This document shows positions 20,287-33,473 of a DNA stretch of 64,000 nt, piece after piece; position 1 is the stretch's first letter; the number at the start of each line of letters is the position of its first letter. The stretch is from the human T2T-CHM13v2.0 reference genome, Homo sapiens: NCBI RefSeq assembly GCF_009914755.1, contig NC_060931.1. One strand, given 5' to 3'. Under the pieces are notes generated by a model that saw nothing but the letters and a program-made list of their open reading frames with translations, had not been told where the DNA came from and did not search any database. Made by a program: the position numbers and the translations under genes.

Positions 20287-20760
20287 TGTTGGGAAGCAGT
20301 CTTCCAAGGCCCTGATCCCACATCTCTTAATGAGTAGTCCACCGCTGCTTCTCATAATTGTTTAATCAGCTGGCAATTCTGACAAGTAATGGCCCTTCAG
20401 AATGCATTAAATAAGCATGTATTGTTCCTGTTAACCCTCTGCACAAAGAAAAGGCTCGCTTACTGCTTAGTATATAAGTGGCAAAGGTCCTAGGTTCAGG
20501 ATTCCCCTGCTGTGGTTTGCCCACTGCATGAGCCAACACCACCTGGCTCTTCATGCTACTGTGTGTAACTTGGCTTTTAGGGAACTAACATAGTGATGTT
20601 ACTCTACCCACTGTTATTGCTATGAGTAATAAATTATTTTTTGGTCTATGACCCGGAAGTCTTGTGTCTTTTGTCACCATTTATGGAATTGAATCAGCTC
20701 ATATCTCATTGGCCTATATAGTTGTTGCAGTGGGAAATCTCCTGATTCTAGTTCTTCACA
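20287..20760 (+). mobile_element. solo LTR, MER21/MER68/MER77-like (ERVL)
   Basis: TG...CA ends, TATA (gtatataag ~20470), and gagtaataaa followed by gacccggaagtcttgtgtctt, typical of the U5 of this family. Confidence 0.65.
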
Positions 20761-21400
20761 TTGTCAAACATATTTAAATAAGATAAAATTCCAACAGTTT
20801 CATGTAGCAAGCTATGCAGTTTGTTAAAAACTGGTTTATCACACCATTTGTGATTTGGAAATCCTTGGAGATTATTAAAACATCAGAAAATGGATCAAAG
20901 ATTCTTTAGGTAAATGACTGGCCACTACATTTGCTTTAATATTTGACTTAATTTTTTATTTAAAATTATTTATCAAATGACTAGGGTTAGAGAAATTGGT
21001 CTAAAAACTTATCATCTTTTCTTTATCATCAGAAGTAGATACAATCAATCATTGTATACCATCCAGGAGAAACATTAGCTATTTCAAAACAATTTAGAAT
21101 GGGTGAGAGGAATGTTTTTAAAAATAATATCAAGATTTCATGGCCAAACATATCTTAAGGGAAGAAAAAGTCCAGAAAAAATACATTGACAATTTTGATA
21201 CATAGTCATAGACTATTTTCCCTACCTTATCCAAAGATGCAAATAAAATTAATATTTCATACCAATAAATGTATATTTCATTCATTTCATAAAATTACAA
21301 CATAATGAAAAACAATTAAAGTTATTGATTTGTTAAAAGCAAAAGGAGCAATAATGTGGAGATTTGGCTGAAAACAAAGAAAAGGTGTGGAAGTATTCTC

Positions 21401-21783
<383 letters not shown>

Positions 21784-23518
21784 TCATGGGAATAATAAAA
21801 AATAGGAACTAATCAGCTAGATTTTAGACAGGTCATAAACATGGACACTTTCGTCACCTCCAACTACGTGCAGCTTTAGAGCAAGGAGAATGATTGTGGA
21901 CCAGTGGCTAAAACCTCAGTGAACAAAGGAAGTGATGAGAATGGGCAGTAGAGTCTAGAACAAGAATAGCAAAGCGTAATGCAGCCATAGGGCATAACCT
22001 CAAATGAGCAGGGATCTTTACCCACAGAAGAAGGGAGGTGGTCTAGAAGTATCAAAGGGATTTAAAACATGTAAGCCTGGCCCCCTCAGCCTCATTCTGT
22101 ACCCTCATACCAAAAGGGGAATTAATGAAGATTGGGCACCATACTCTCAATAATTCTGCCAGAAAGTAATATCTTCAGGGAAATTCAAGTTTCCATCAAA
22201 ATCAGTAAATGTCATTAGAATATTATTAGTAGGTTAAAATTGTATGGAATCTGTTTACCATAAAACACGGCATCCAAAAGCACAGTGGGAGGAAGGAACC
22301 ATAGTCAGAGAAGTCAGATAAAAAGCCCAGAGGCATATGAAGATGAGAATGAGTGAATAAATGGCCATTTGATGAGCCTACATTTTAAATTATAATGTAA
22401 GACAGGTTAGCCTTAGCAGGCTTAAACTCAATGGTAGGGGGAGAGGGTGGTCTCAGGTCTCTTTTAGAACTATATATTGCATATTTTCATTTGAAATGTA
22501 GATTTCTTATATGAATATGAATATTTGACTCTAACTGCATTTTATTTATTCACACTGAATTTTAAAAAGTGCATTGATTATAACTGGAAATAATGAAGTT
22601 GTTTTCGAACATGTTTTTAAAGTATGAATATAGACAGGCTGAGAAAGAACACTCTTTTTTTTTCCCCTTTATACTATTTTAATGTTTCTCATTTTTCAAA
22701 GAGCACCCTCAGGCAAAATCTTGTATCCGTTACAGAGACATTTAAAAGAAATCTCAGTTCCCATTAGACATTTTAGAAAAGAGTCTTTTTCTGCATTTCA
22801 TTAGTATCATCAATAAAAAGGATGGCAGAAAAGATATAGTAATTAATGTATATTAAATACATCATATTTTACTTTATTCTATGCTTAAAGAGAAAAATTA
22901 TGTTAAATATTTATATTTTGATTTCTCTTGCTTCAAGTATAAGTGAACCTTATAGTTCTAATGTTTTAGTTAAACTAAACTATTTTATGCTAGTTATCAA
23001 ACCCATAGGAAGTAACACTGATGACGTTTAGAATCTAATTCTAACTCTTCAACTTCATTACTAACTTTATTTCACATAATTCTTACTTCTATACTTAATG
23101 GCTCTAATAAAAAATTTTATTAATGTATTTTACCATACTATCAGATCACTAGAAACAAATATGTTTATCTTCATAGAAAAAAATGATTCAGTGCACTATA
23201 ACATTCATATGGCAAAAAGCCTTAACCAAATAGGATCTATAAGGAAACTCCTTTATAAAGATATATAAAAGAAGAAGAGGAGGAGGAAGAAGAAGAAAAA
23301 AAGAGAAGAAAAATAGGCAAACATTTTACTTAACAGTGAATAGATATAAGCCTTTCCTTTAAAATCAAAGGAGAGACATTGATGACTTCCATTCTGTCTT
23401 TTATTTTATACCATACTATAGGGCATAGGCAATGTATTTCAGGTTAAGGAATTGAAATTATAGGAATAAGAATTGGAATAAAACAAAATTTGTAGTACTG
23501 GAAGCTGATATAATAGTC

Positions 23519-23883
23519 TATATTAGTCTGTTTGGGCTGTTGTAACAAAATATTATACTTTGGGTAGCTTACGAACAACGGAAATTTATTTTTCATATTT
23601 CTAGAGCCTGGGAAGTCCAAGGTCAAGGCACTAACATATTTGGTGTCTGGTGAGGGCCCTCTTCCAGACTGCAGATGACAGACTTCTTGCTGTGTCCTCA
23701 TATAATGAAAGGGTGAAAAAACTCTCTCAGGTTTCTTTCTTACAGCCACTAATCCCATTCATGAGCATTGTGCCCTCATGACCTAATCACCTCCTAAAGG
23801 CCCTACTATCTAATATGATTACTTTGTAGGTTAGGATTTTGCCATATGCGTTTTTGAGAGGACACAAACATTCAGCTCATTGC
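23519..23883 (-). mobile_element. MaLR solo LTR, MLT1A-like
   Basis: tattagtctgtttgggctg...ctgggaagtccaaggtcaagg...cactaatcccattcatgag...ggacacaaacattcag. Confidence 0.85.
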
Positions 23884-24754
23884 TTTGTTTATTTGAAATA
23901 CTCAAAATAATTTTCAAGGCAAATCATTAAAATTAAAACTTTTTTTGGCAAAATATTATACTCTTTTAAATTAATTGTAAAAGCTAAAGTGAAATTAAAA
24001 TGCAAAGATGGCATTCAAAACTATTACAGAGAGACAATTTTTTATTTTTTACAAAAAGTATGCTTAAACTTTGTGGAGAAAAACTGTATTAATCTTTACT
24101 GAAGGCATTAAGAGATCTAGATAAATAGAGAATTATGCCATGGTAATGAAATTGATAACCCATGAGAGTCAACATGCCATTTTTTCCTAAAGTGATCTTT
24201 AATTTCAATGAGAAGAAAGAAAAATCCTATTATATCTTTCAATGGACATTAACAAGCTAATTATAAAACTTATATGGAAATGCTAAATGCCCTAAATAGT
24301 CAAGAAAATTTTGAAGAAAAAAGAATATTGTTGTAATATTTGCCTTAGTGTGTGGCAAGACTTATGAAACACTAATTAACAAAACGTGATGCCGGAGCAA
24401 ATACAAATAGACCTGCAACACAGTGTGGAGCAAACATCCCAACCGGTATGCCATGAATGGGTTATGCATATTTAAGGATATTAATTCCCTTAACTTACTG
24501 GACTCTTCGGAGGATCCCAAGTTTGCCAGAGCCATCTGGCTGTAAGTATCCTTGCTGATTCTCCTCAGGCTCCTGAGAACTCACTATTAAATTCTACATG
24601 TGCATGACAGAGAATAAAATTTTAAAAGTAATATGATGGAGATTTCAGAAATATAATCATAGGTATATGGAAACTTAACACATGAGAGAGCTGGATTGAA
24701 TTCTAGATAAATAAGGAACAGTAATACAGATCTGTGAAGAAAAGAAATAGTGAG

Positions 24755-24908
24755 GGACTGCGTATAGTGGCTCAGGTCTGTAATCCCAGTGCCTTGGGAG
24801 GCCCAGCAGGGAGGATCACTTGAGCCTAGGAGTTCAAGATTGCAGCAAGCTATGATTGCACCACTACATTCCAGCCTGAGCCACAGTAAGTCTCTATCTC
24901 TAAGAAAA
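24755..24908 (+). mobile_element. Alu monomer (FRAM/FAM-like or internally deleted AluJ)
   Basis: Single ~150-bp monomer with TSD-like gaaatagtg / gaaatactg. Confidence 0.8.
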
Positions 24909-25085
24909 AGGAAATACTGTTTGAAAAATTAGTTATTATATTGAAAATACAGAATTGGATTCTCACACCACATCAAATGTAAAATAATACCTCGGTATAA
25001 TTTGAAAATTAAATATTAAAAAGCAAAATGTAAAACTTTAGGAAGAAAACAGAATATTTTTATGAAGTCAGTATGAATTAATGAT

Positions 25086-25627
25086 TGATAGGATTAAAGA
25101 CACACTACCTCAAAATATGTCATTCTGGTGTTTCAGAAAAGAGCAGAAGCAGAAAGGTCACTCTCAATTTCCCCTTACCCTTTCCTTCCTGAAGCAGGAC
25201 ATGAAACATAGAAAGAATTATCTGACCTCCTTGAGGAAGGACATAAAATCTAGCTGACCTTCTCCTGAAGTAGGTCATGAGGTCCTCCTACAAGAATTAC
25301 CCTCTCTATACCTGGAAAAAAGAAGGTCTCTGAATGCACTGGGAATCAGAGAAAAGGCTGAACAAACAGGACTTGCTAAGTGTATTACAATTAGATCATA
25401 CCCCTTTGTCCGATTATCCTTCTCCATGACTATCCACTCTTTAAGAAACCTAACCATAAAAATACACAGATTTCTCTGCTTCTTTGGGCCTTCATTTCTG
25501 AAGGCTCCTGTGTTGTATAAAACTTAAATTAAATAAATGTGTATGCTTTTCTCTTGTTAAGTTGTCTTTTATTATAGATACCTCAGCCATTAATCTTGTG
25601 ATGGAAGAAAAAGTTTTCTCCCCTACA
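25086..25627 (+). mobile_element. solo LTR, MER34/MER39-like (ERV1)
   Basis: tg...acactacctcaaaatatg...gcagaagcagaaaggtcactctc...aataaatgtgtatgcttttctcttgttaa...ctcccctaca. Confidence 0.8.
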
Positions 25628-25649
25628 TATGCTATCATATATTGTTTAA

Positions 25650-26452
25650 AAACTCATGGAGACAGAGAGTAGACTGATGGTTACCAGAAGCTGGGAAGAA
25701 TAGTCGGGGTGAGGAGGAAGTGGGCATAGTTAATGGCTACAAATATATAATTAGATAGAATTAATAAGATCTAGAATTTGATAACATAACATTGTGATTA
25801 CAGTCAACAAAGCTTCACTGCACATCTAAAAACAACAAAAAGAGTATAATTGGAACATGAAGAAATTATCAGTTACCCTATTTACCCTGATATGATTATT
25901 ATGCATTTATGTCTGTATCAAAATATCTCATGTACCCCGTAAATATATATTGTATATATGGTATATATATATATGCAATATACAATATGTAGTATATATA
26001 AAATTATACATATATACAATATACTATATATACTATATACTATATATACAATACAATACTATATATATACTATACTATATATACAATATACATACTATAT
26101 ATTGTATACATACTATATTGTATATATACTATACATAGTATATATAGTACAATATTATATATAGTACTATATATAGTGTATACATAGTATATATAGTATG
26201 TATATATACAAATACACTATATTGTGTATATTGTATATATACAATGTATAGTATATATACAATACATAGTGTATATACACTATATAGTGTATATATACAA
26301 TATACACAGTATATATACAATATGCACAATATATAGTATATACAATATATACAATATAAAATTGTACATATATACAATATACAATATATAGTATATATAA
26401 AATATATAATGTACTATTTACCCAGAAAAATTAAAAACTAAAATAAAAAAAT
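25650..26452 (+). mobile_element. L1MA-type 3' end with an internal TA-rich expansion
   Basis: aactcatggagacagagagtagactgatggttaccaga...catgtaccccgtaaatatata[array]tactatttacccagaaaaattaaaaa. Confidence 0.8.
25944..26410. repeat. complex (TA)-rich array built from TATAC/TATAG/TACAA units
   Basis: ~465 bp almost entirely of alternating TA with interspersed C or G. Confidence 0.9.
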
Positions 26453-28479
26453 ACAGAAATATGTAGTATGAATAAAATAAAATTTATAGGCATATAAACA
26501 CCAAATTTATCATAATGCTTACTATTAAGGGAAAAAAATGGAAAGTAACAAGACAAGAGTGAAAACGGGAGTTTTAATTAAATTATTGCCAACTTTTTAT
26601 ATTTTTTAAGCTAGGAATTAAAAATTCCTAGTTTAACTTCAGCACAATTAAGAAAAATACTTAATTGTGTTGTTATTTGCATGTTGTATGTCTTAAATAT
26701 TTTATTTAAAAAATATTTAAAAATATATGCAATAATAATCAGGACTTGAAAAGTATAGAAAGAATTAAAATATCTTGTTTCAAGGTTATTTTACTGAAAA
26801 ATTGTGTAGATGGAAAGAAAATTAATCTCAAGGACATGTAAGTTCTGTGATTTCTGAAGTCATCCTAAAAGGATATGTTAAAAAGTACTGTAAGCAATTG
26901 TACTAAGTGGTTATCATTATCATTTCTGGGATTTATTTGAAATGGTAAGGAGACAACACATAAGAAAAAATTTGCAACTTAGGTAACTGTTGTTACCTAA
27001 GTTGTAAATTTACAACTGAGTAACTGTTCTGCTCTAAGAAACTTTGATTTACTTTATATTTGTAGCATCACTGTAGCATCTCTTTCTAATGTCCTTGCTG
27101 TAGTATTAAAAGCCTGTGGTGGTCAATTTGTCTTCCCCAGGAGGCCGTAACTCTTTAGACTACATGATATTGGACAATCCTTTACTCCAAAATATATCTT
27201 AAGCTGACTATTCTCCCCTTAACAGAGGTGCAAAATGTTACCACATTTTATTCACATCAAGAATTTCTGGAAGAAATATAATTAATTAGTTTTCTCATAG
27301 AAAATAATCTGCCTGTTCATTATCGGATAATTGGAAAATAAATTAAAAATAGAAAAAAAAAGGAAAAAAGTACTTGTATAGCTTCTTCTTGGAACCAGCC
27401 AGTGAAAATATCTTAGTGCCCCCTCCTTTGTTGGTACGTGTGCTGTTATATGATTGTGATCTTACGGTCTTCAAAAATATATTTATCAATTTAATGCTTT
27501 TATCATTATAAAAGTGACAGATAAATATTGAACATCAACAAAATGCTTCAAGGAAAGGAATGTAAATCACCTTTTAACAGATTTGTCTGGCTGTCAATCC
27601 AATACGTATTCTTCTCTTCTTTATTGTTACTAATAAAGTAATATTTTAGTAATATTAGTATATTACTGATATCCGCTTAAGCAGTGGGGAATATTTTCTT
27701 TAAATACCTGGCTTTGATATTCTTAACTAGCAAAGATGTGGAAATTGCACTCACCCTTCCATCAATTCCTTGATTCTCTGTTGCCACAATCTTAGGTGAA
27801 TTTTTACTAATTTTGATGACAATTAAATAGAACTAAAAATAAAATTAGTTGACCATTAATGATTTCCTCTCTGGAAACAGAGTTATCCTGCCAGCAACAG
27901 AGCAGTTAGAAACCCTTTATTCTTCCAACAGTCACTGTATCCACAAATACAAAGATTGTATCAACCAGAAAAGAAGAAGAAAAAAAGAAGAAAGGTGTTT
28001 GTATATGTGTTGACTGTGCTGAAGCTAGACTTTGAAACATATAAAAAGAAAGAAAAAGGTGATAAGATAGCACTCCATTTCCGGGAAGAACATTCACATT
28101 CTCTGACCCTTCTCCTGATAGCCAGAAAAAACTTTAAACAAGAAGCACTTGTTTTTAACTATCTTTCCAATTTTCCTTTGCTTAAAGAATGAAGCCAGGT
28201 AGAAGAGAATGCTGACATTTTCTGATTGCTTTTTGGTTTTCCATTAAGCTTCTTAGCACAGATTAGATACATAACAGGTGACAGAGTGGAATTTTTCTTA
28301 TTGTTCCAGAATTATCAGGGCTCAGGGCTAGGAAAAAACAACAAAACCCACCCCAAAACCCAAACAAACAAACAAAAAAACAAGGGAAAAACAGTACACC
28401 ACAAACTGCTTATCACGGCCAAAAATTGACACAGGCTCAGTTTTCCACTGTTCATTATGAGCTGAAGACACCCTCTCAT

Positions 28480-30045
28480 CCCCACTACAAGTTTCGTGAC
28501 ATTACAAGACTGTGAGGAAGCTGGAGGGGAGTCATCAGACTCACAGACAAGGCCACACAGAGTTCTTGCTAAACAATCGTTTAACTCATTACTCTGTTCA
28601 TGAGAGAAAGGAGAGTGCTTCCATTCCACCTCAAGAAAACAGTTTAGAGGTTCCAAGAAAATAGCTTCTGGAGAAAAGAACTTTGGAGTGACTGAAAGAA
28701 AGAGAGGTAAACATTTCACTCCCTACCTGGATGTCTGATTAGGCATCCAAAGCCTTCAGCTTTCTGAGCAGAGGAGAAAACAATAGTGGGTCAGAAAGAA
28801 ATGGTGGTGGGAGAGCTACCCACACCCTGCAATGTGGTATAGAAAGGAGTGCATCAGTTTCCCTTCAAAAGTCAAGTGAATATCACAAAAACATACACCC
28901 TCTTGCTGGGATTCCACCAAAGAGTGCTGCCTGCTGGTGGGAGGACAGTAGTGGGAGCTTATATGCTGATGGCAGGTGATGAATGATGAATAAGAACTTG
29001 GAAGGGATTGAGCCAAAGCTGGACCTTCTGCAACAGGGAATTAGAGAGTAGAGAGACTCCAAAAGCTCCCCAAAGAGTTCACAGAGGTGTTGCTCTGAGA
29101 ATCATCCTTTAAACACTTGCCAGGAAAAGGAAGTGAGAGACCAGAATATGTCTTGGCATAAGGACGGTTTTGAGCTGAAAGCAATTGAGAAGAAGCAGAT
29201 GAGAGAAACCTCTTGGCTCTTCCTCTCTTCATCTAAACACAAGGCATAAATTTACAAACAGTATCCTCCTTTTTTCCCTACCAGGGAGGACAAAGGTTAA
29301 GCACTGAAGACAACTTTAGCTCTTATGCCCCTGGAGGTGGCACCGGAAGGATCTATATCAGCAAGCTTTACTAATTAGCCTCTATCTGCCATGCGTTCAT
29401 CTCCTCACAATCTGCTGCCCCTAAAGACTCAAAGTCCTTTTCTTTTGTCTTGTCACTTCTCTAAAAATTCACTATTCTTTATCAAAGACGCTATATAAGC
29501 TGGAATTTAAAGGCACCTCTTTTAGAATTACTCATTCCGTGTGTATCTCCCATGTACACATAAAATATTATGTTAATAGACTTCCTTTTATTTGTTAATG
29601 TGTCTTTTGTTATAGGGATCTGTTCCTACTAAGAACTTATGAGAATTGAAGAAAACAATTATTTTTTCTCCCCTACAAAAATATCAATATCTTATCAGGG
29701 TAAGTTTAAGAAATAGTGACACCCAATGGAGTACAACTATGATCACTTAAATTATTTTCCTCCTTCTCCTCACTTCTACGCTGGAGGACACAAGCTTCAA
29801 AAGAGGGGGAGAGGGACCCAAGCCTATGCAACAGACAGGGGAAGAGATGAGTTTGAAACCAAGATTACAAATTAAAGTTACAAAGTACACTATGTTTTAA
29901 TGACTATAGTGTCTGGACCACTTTTAAAATCTACTCAAAATTCCATGAAGGGACAAAAAAGGAAAATATATTAAGGCTCTAGCAAAAGTTATGATTGCAG
30001 AAAAATAATCTTCAAGTTTATATTCCACTGATTGAGGCTCCTTAT
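28480..30045 (+). mobile_element. possible ancient Gypsy-like LTR remnant, split by a MER34-like LTR
   Basis: Purine-rich decayed LTR-like sequence on both sides of 29134-29677. The resemblance is weak. Confidence 0.3.
29134..29677 (+). mobile_element. solo LTR, MER34-like (ERV1)
   Basis: tgagagaccagaatatg...ggcataaggacggttttgagctgaaagcaattgagaagaagcagat, TATA gctatataag, and end ctcccctaca. Confidence 0.82.
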
Positions 30046-32879
30046 AAATATGAAATAGGGACAAGACCAAGGCAAAGTTCTCTTAACATTTTTTATTATT
30101 GCAAACACAGAGCGAGATTAAAACAATGAACTACATTTTGCTGTAACTTAACTGGTCTGAGGAGAGTCTACTTCTAATAATTTTCAATTAAAGAAGCTTA
30201 ACAGTTATTTAAAAAGTGGGCAGAGAGGAAGAAACCAAGTAGAAGAGAAAACAAACAATGAAGGTGTTATAAAGCAATCTGCCAACCTGTTTTCCCATCA
30301 TCCTTTGCACAGCTACCTTCCTACTCACTCTTGTTTCATTAGCAATTTAGTGTTTAGCATGTTGGTTACAGTAGCTAAATGTTAATTGGCTATTTGGCAT
30401 GTTATGCCAAGATGAACCTGATTAATTAAGAGAGGAAGCACTATCCTTTGAGCAACATGACTAGGGCACTGATGTTGATGCCTCAGGTTCAGTATATAAT
30501 GAGACTTGTAGCTTCAGGCATGGGGGAGCCTGTATGCGCTCAGTCTCTGGCATAGCACCGAATTAAGTATTCGCTCTGTAGTGGACCCCTGCTTATCAGC
30601 AACCTTGCTATTACTCTACTGACCTGATGTGCATAAGCAATATTTTCATCCTTTTCCCAAGAGATTTATTTGGCTGTTGAAGTAGAAAATGAATATTTTA
30701 CAGTTCACTTGTCTGATCAATTACCTACAAGCTGCTGCAGTATTTTATAGCCAGTGGGAGAGCTGTGTAGGTGATGATAGAGAAATCTGGAGGGAATCTC
30801 CTAGCCAAATACACAAAAGGGACTAAAACTGTGAATGAGCCATCAGTAACTATTCTTTGTTCATATGGGTCTAGCCAGAAATTACACTGTAACCAATTAA
30901 TGTACTTAAATGATAATCAGCAAATGTGAATTCTAGAGGTGAGCAAACCTGACTGCTTGATTGGAGTATAATGCAGTGCAGCATGGTTCAAAGCCAATCT
31001 TTCTCAAGGCTACACCTCCCATAGTCCTGCCATTTTTGTCTTTAATAATTTAATGAAAATTATTTTTCAGTGATACTTTGGAATTTTTTAAAAAAGTAAG
31101 TGGAATGTACTTACCTGAAGAAGCATTTTGTTTCCAGCCTTGAAGGAGAATATGTTTGCAATGTCAACTTTCATAGAAATTTGTTTTCAAATGAGTATCT
31201 TGATTTGTATAATGTTTATAATTTAATACATTCTTGTATGATCTTCATTGAACAATTTAAAATCATCTTTTCAAAAAATAAACATTAAAATAATGACTTC
31301 TTTTGTCCCTTAAAAGAAATATTCTAAAAGACTCTCATATACATTAAAGTTAATTTAGTCTTTAATGTTTTAGGATTTTTTCTTTAATATTTATAAACCA
31401 CATTGTTGGAATGATATTTATGTTATTACACATAATTTATTCCAACTTTTACATAAGTATATAGTTGAAATATGATAAAAATATTAAATAAATTGTACAG
31501 TACCTGGGATCCGCCATCTATTTAGCGAAGTCCGCTATTATCTTCAAAATATAAATCTGGCTTTGACAGACTAAAAAATTATGCATTGCTCCGAAACTTG
31601 TAAAAATAAAAGATCTAAGACTTCATTTTGTTTAACAGAGAGAAATCAGAGTAGGCTTTATTTAGTTACAGTGATAACATAAGACATTTTCAGTGACTAA
31701 ATGAAAACATGATTTTAAAGGAAGAAACAAATATTTTCTTAAGTATACCTTAGTAGGGGGGTATTTTATTTCTATTTGAGAAGCCATATTTAACATTCTT
31801 TATAATGAAATTTTACTTTGCCCATCCAACAAAATATTCCATTAGACAATAACTTCAAATTGAAAAAAATAAACTAAGGCTTCTCCTCCCCCATTCAAAA
31901 ATATATATACACTCAAGGTTTGACATTTTTATTTCCTCATCCTATTACAGTTTCCTTTCTGTTTTTTTCCCCATTCATCATAGCTATTTAATGGCAAAAT
32001 AAATCTGTGTCAAGGAATAGAAATGTTAACATATATATGTGTGTGTGTGTATATACATATCTTAAATCAAGTGTTTAAATTTTAAAATATTCTGTGTTTG
32101 CAATTGTGCTAAAATCTTCTTACACTGTGTAGGGCTTAAAATATATTTTATTAGGATATTGGAATTCCCTTATACAGAAACTTTAATGACCAAGATTAAC
32201 CTTCACCACAGATTGCCAAGTGTTTGAACATGACGCAAATTGATAAACGATGTGTGAAAATAATTGTTAAAACTATCTGAATCTCTTGAAATAATGCACT
32301 TAACTCAAAAGTATTTGAGCAACTATAACAATCATGGAGATTTTTATTTTACTATATATTTTCAAAACAATTCTACCAACTAGCTGATTCCTTTTGTTGT
32401 TACTTTTAGTCTACCTTCTCATTTACTGCTTTTGGCAAAGAACAAAAAGAGAGTCCATCAATCTTTGCTTTACTAATTTTGTGACCAGGTTATTTTTATT
32501 TCATTAGTTTTTGCTACTTCTGTCATTTTTTTCTGAATATTTTAACTCCCTCCATTTCTTCTTTATTTTCTTTTCCTTTTTCCTTTAAATAATATATTGA
32601 TAATGAGTTTAGTGTAGAATAGCTTATTGCTTCTCTTCCAGGAGTATACAGGGATGATGTAAAGCTCTCAAACTTCCATTCTTTTAAGGCATTTAATTTA
32701 TAATAAAATACATCATGAAATTAATATCTGGTAGATGTGTTACATTAAGATTTTGAGTCATATGTCATTACATATATACACACACACATTGTATATTTAT
32801 ATATTATATATACATTACATATAGTTTCCTAAACTAAAATCTCTCTCTCATTAAAGGATATTTGAGAAACTACATAAAT

Positions 32880-33145
32880 AACACAGCGGTCAAGAGTTCA
32901 GCTCTGGAGACCAAATGCCTGGTGAGGCATAGAAACATAGAGACCGTGGCTCTATGTTTCATTTGCTGTGAACCAGAGCAAGATACCGAACTTCCCTATG
33001 CTTCCGTTTCCTCATTGCTGCAACAGGATAAAGATGATTTTAATTAGCATTTCCCTCATAGTTTGTTGTAAGGATAAGTCAATACATGAAAACACTTGGA
33101 AAATTGCCTGGCACATAGTAAGCAGACATAAAAGTTAGCAATTAA
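32880..33145 (+). mobile_element. MIR SINE
   Basis: ggtcaagagttcagctctggag...gtttcctcatt...tgcctggcacatagtaagc. Confidence 0.8.
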
Positions 33146-33173
33146 AGAGTAGGTTGAATATATTTTCTATTTC

Positions 33174-33473
33174 TTCTTTTTTTTTTTATGAGAAAGGGTC
33201 TTGCTCTGTCACCCAGGCTGGGGTGAAGTGGCACTGTCATGGCTCACTGCAGCCTTGGCCTCCTGGGCTCAATTGATCCTCCTGCCTCAGCCTCCCAAGT
33301 AGCTGGGGCCACAGACATGTGCCACCAAGCCTGCCTAATTTTTTTAAATTTTTTGTAGAGACAGCATATGGACAAGTTGCCCAGGCTGGTCTTGAACTCC
33401 TGGGATCAAGCAATTCTCCCGCCTCAGCCTCCCAAAATGCTGGGATTACATGGGTGAACCACTGTGCCTGACC
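33174..33473 (-). mobile_element. AluJ
   Basis: agggtcttgctctgtc, tcatggctcactgcagcct and ctgggctcaa are AluJ features. 15-bp TSD tatattttctatttc / tacattttctatttc. Confidence 0.93.

Larger units (their letters stand above)
23130..25080 (+). mobile_element. old L1M ORF2 region, degenerate, hosting an MLT1A and an Alu monomer
   Basis: Decayed sense ORF2 blocks such as ctttactgaaggcattaagagatctagataaatagaga and taaaactttaggaagaaaac. Confidence 0.6.

Noticed and set aside
25950-26377. Tyr/Ile-rich ORFs
   Set aside because: Artefacts of the TA-rich array.
25086-29677. Two same-orientation MER34/39-like LTRs as the ends of one provirus
   Set aside because: They differ greatly from each other, no PBS follows the first, the sequence between them is L1MA, unique DNA and other repeats, and there is no shared TSD. 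They are better read as two solo LTRs.
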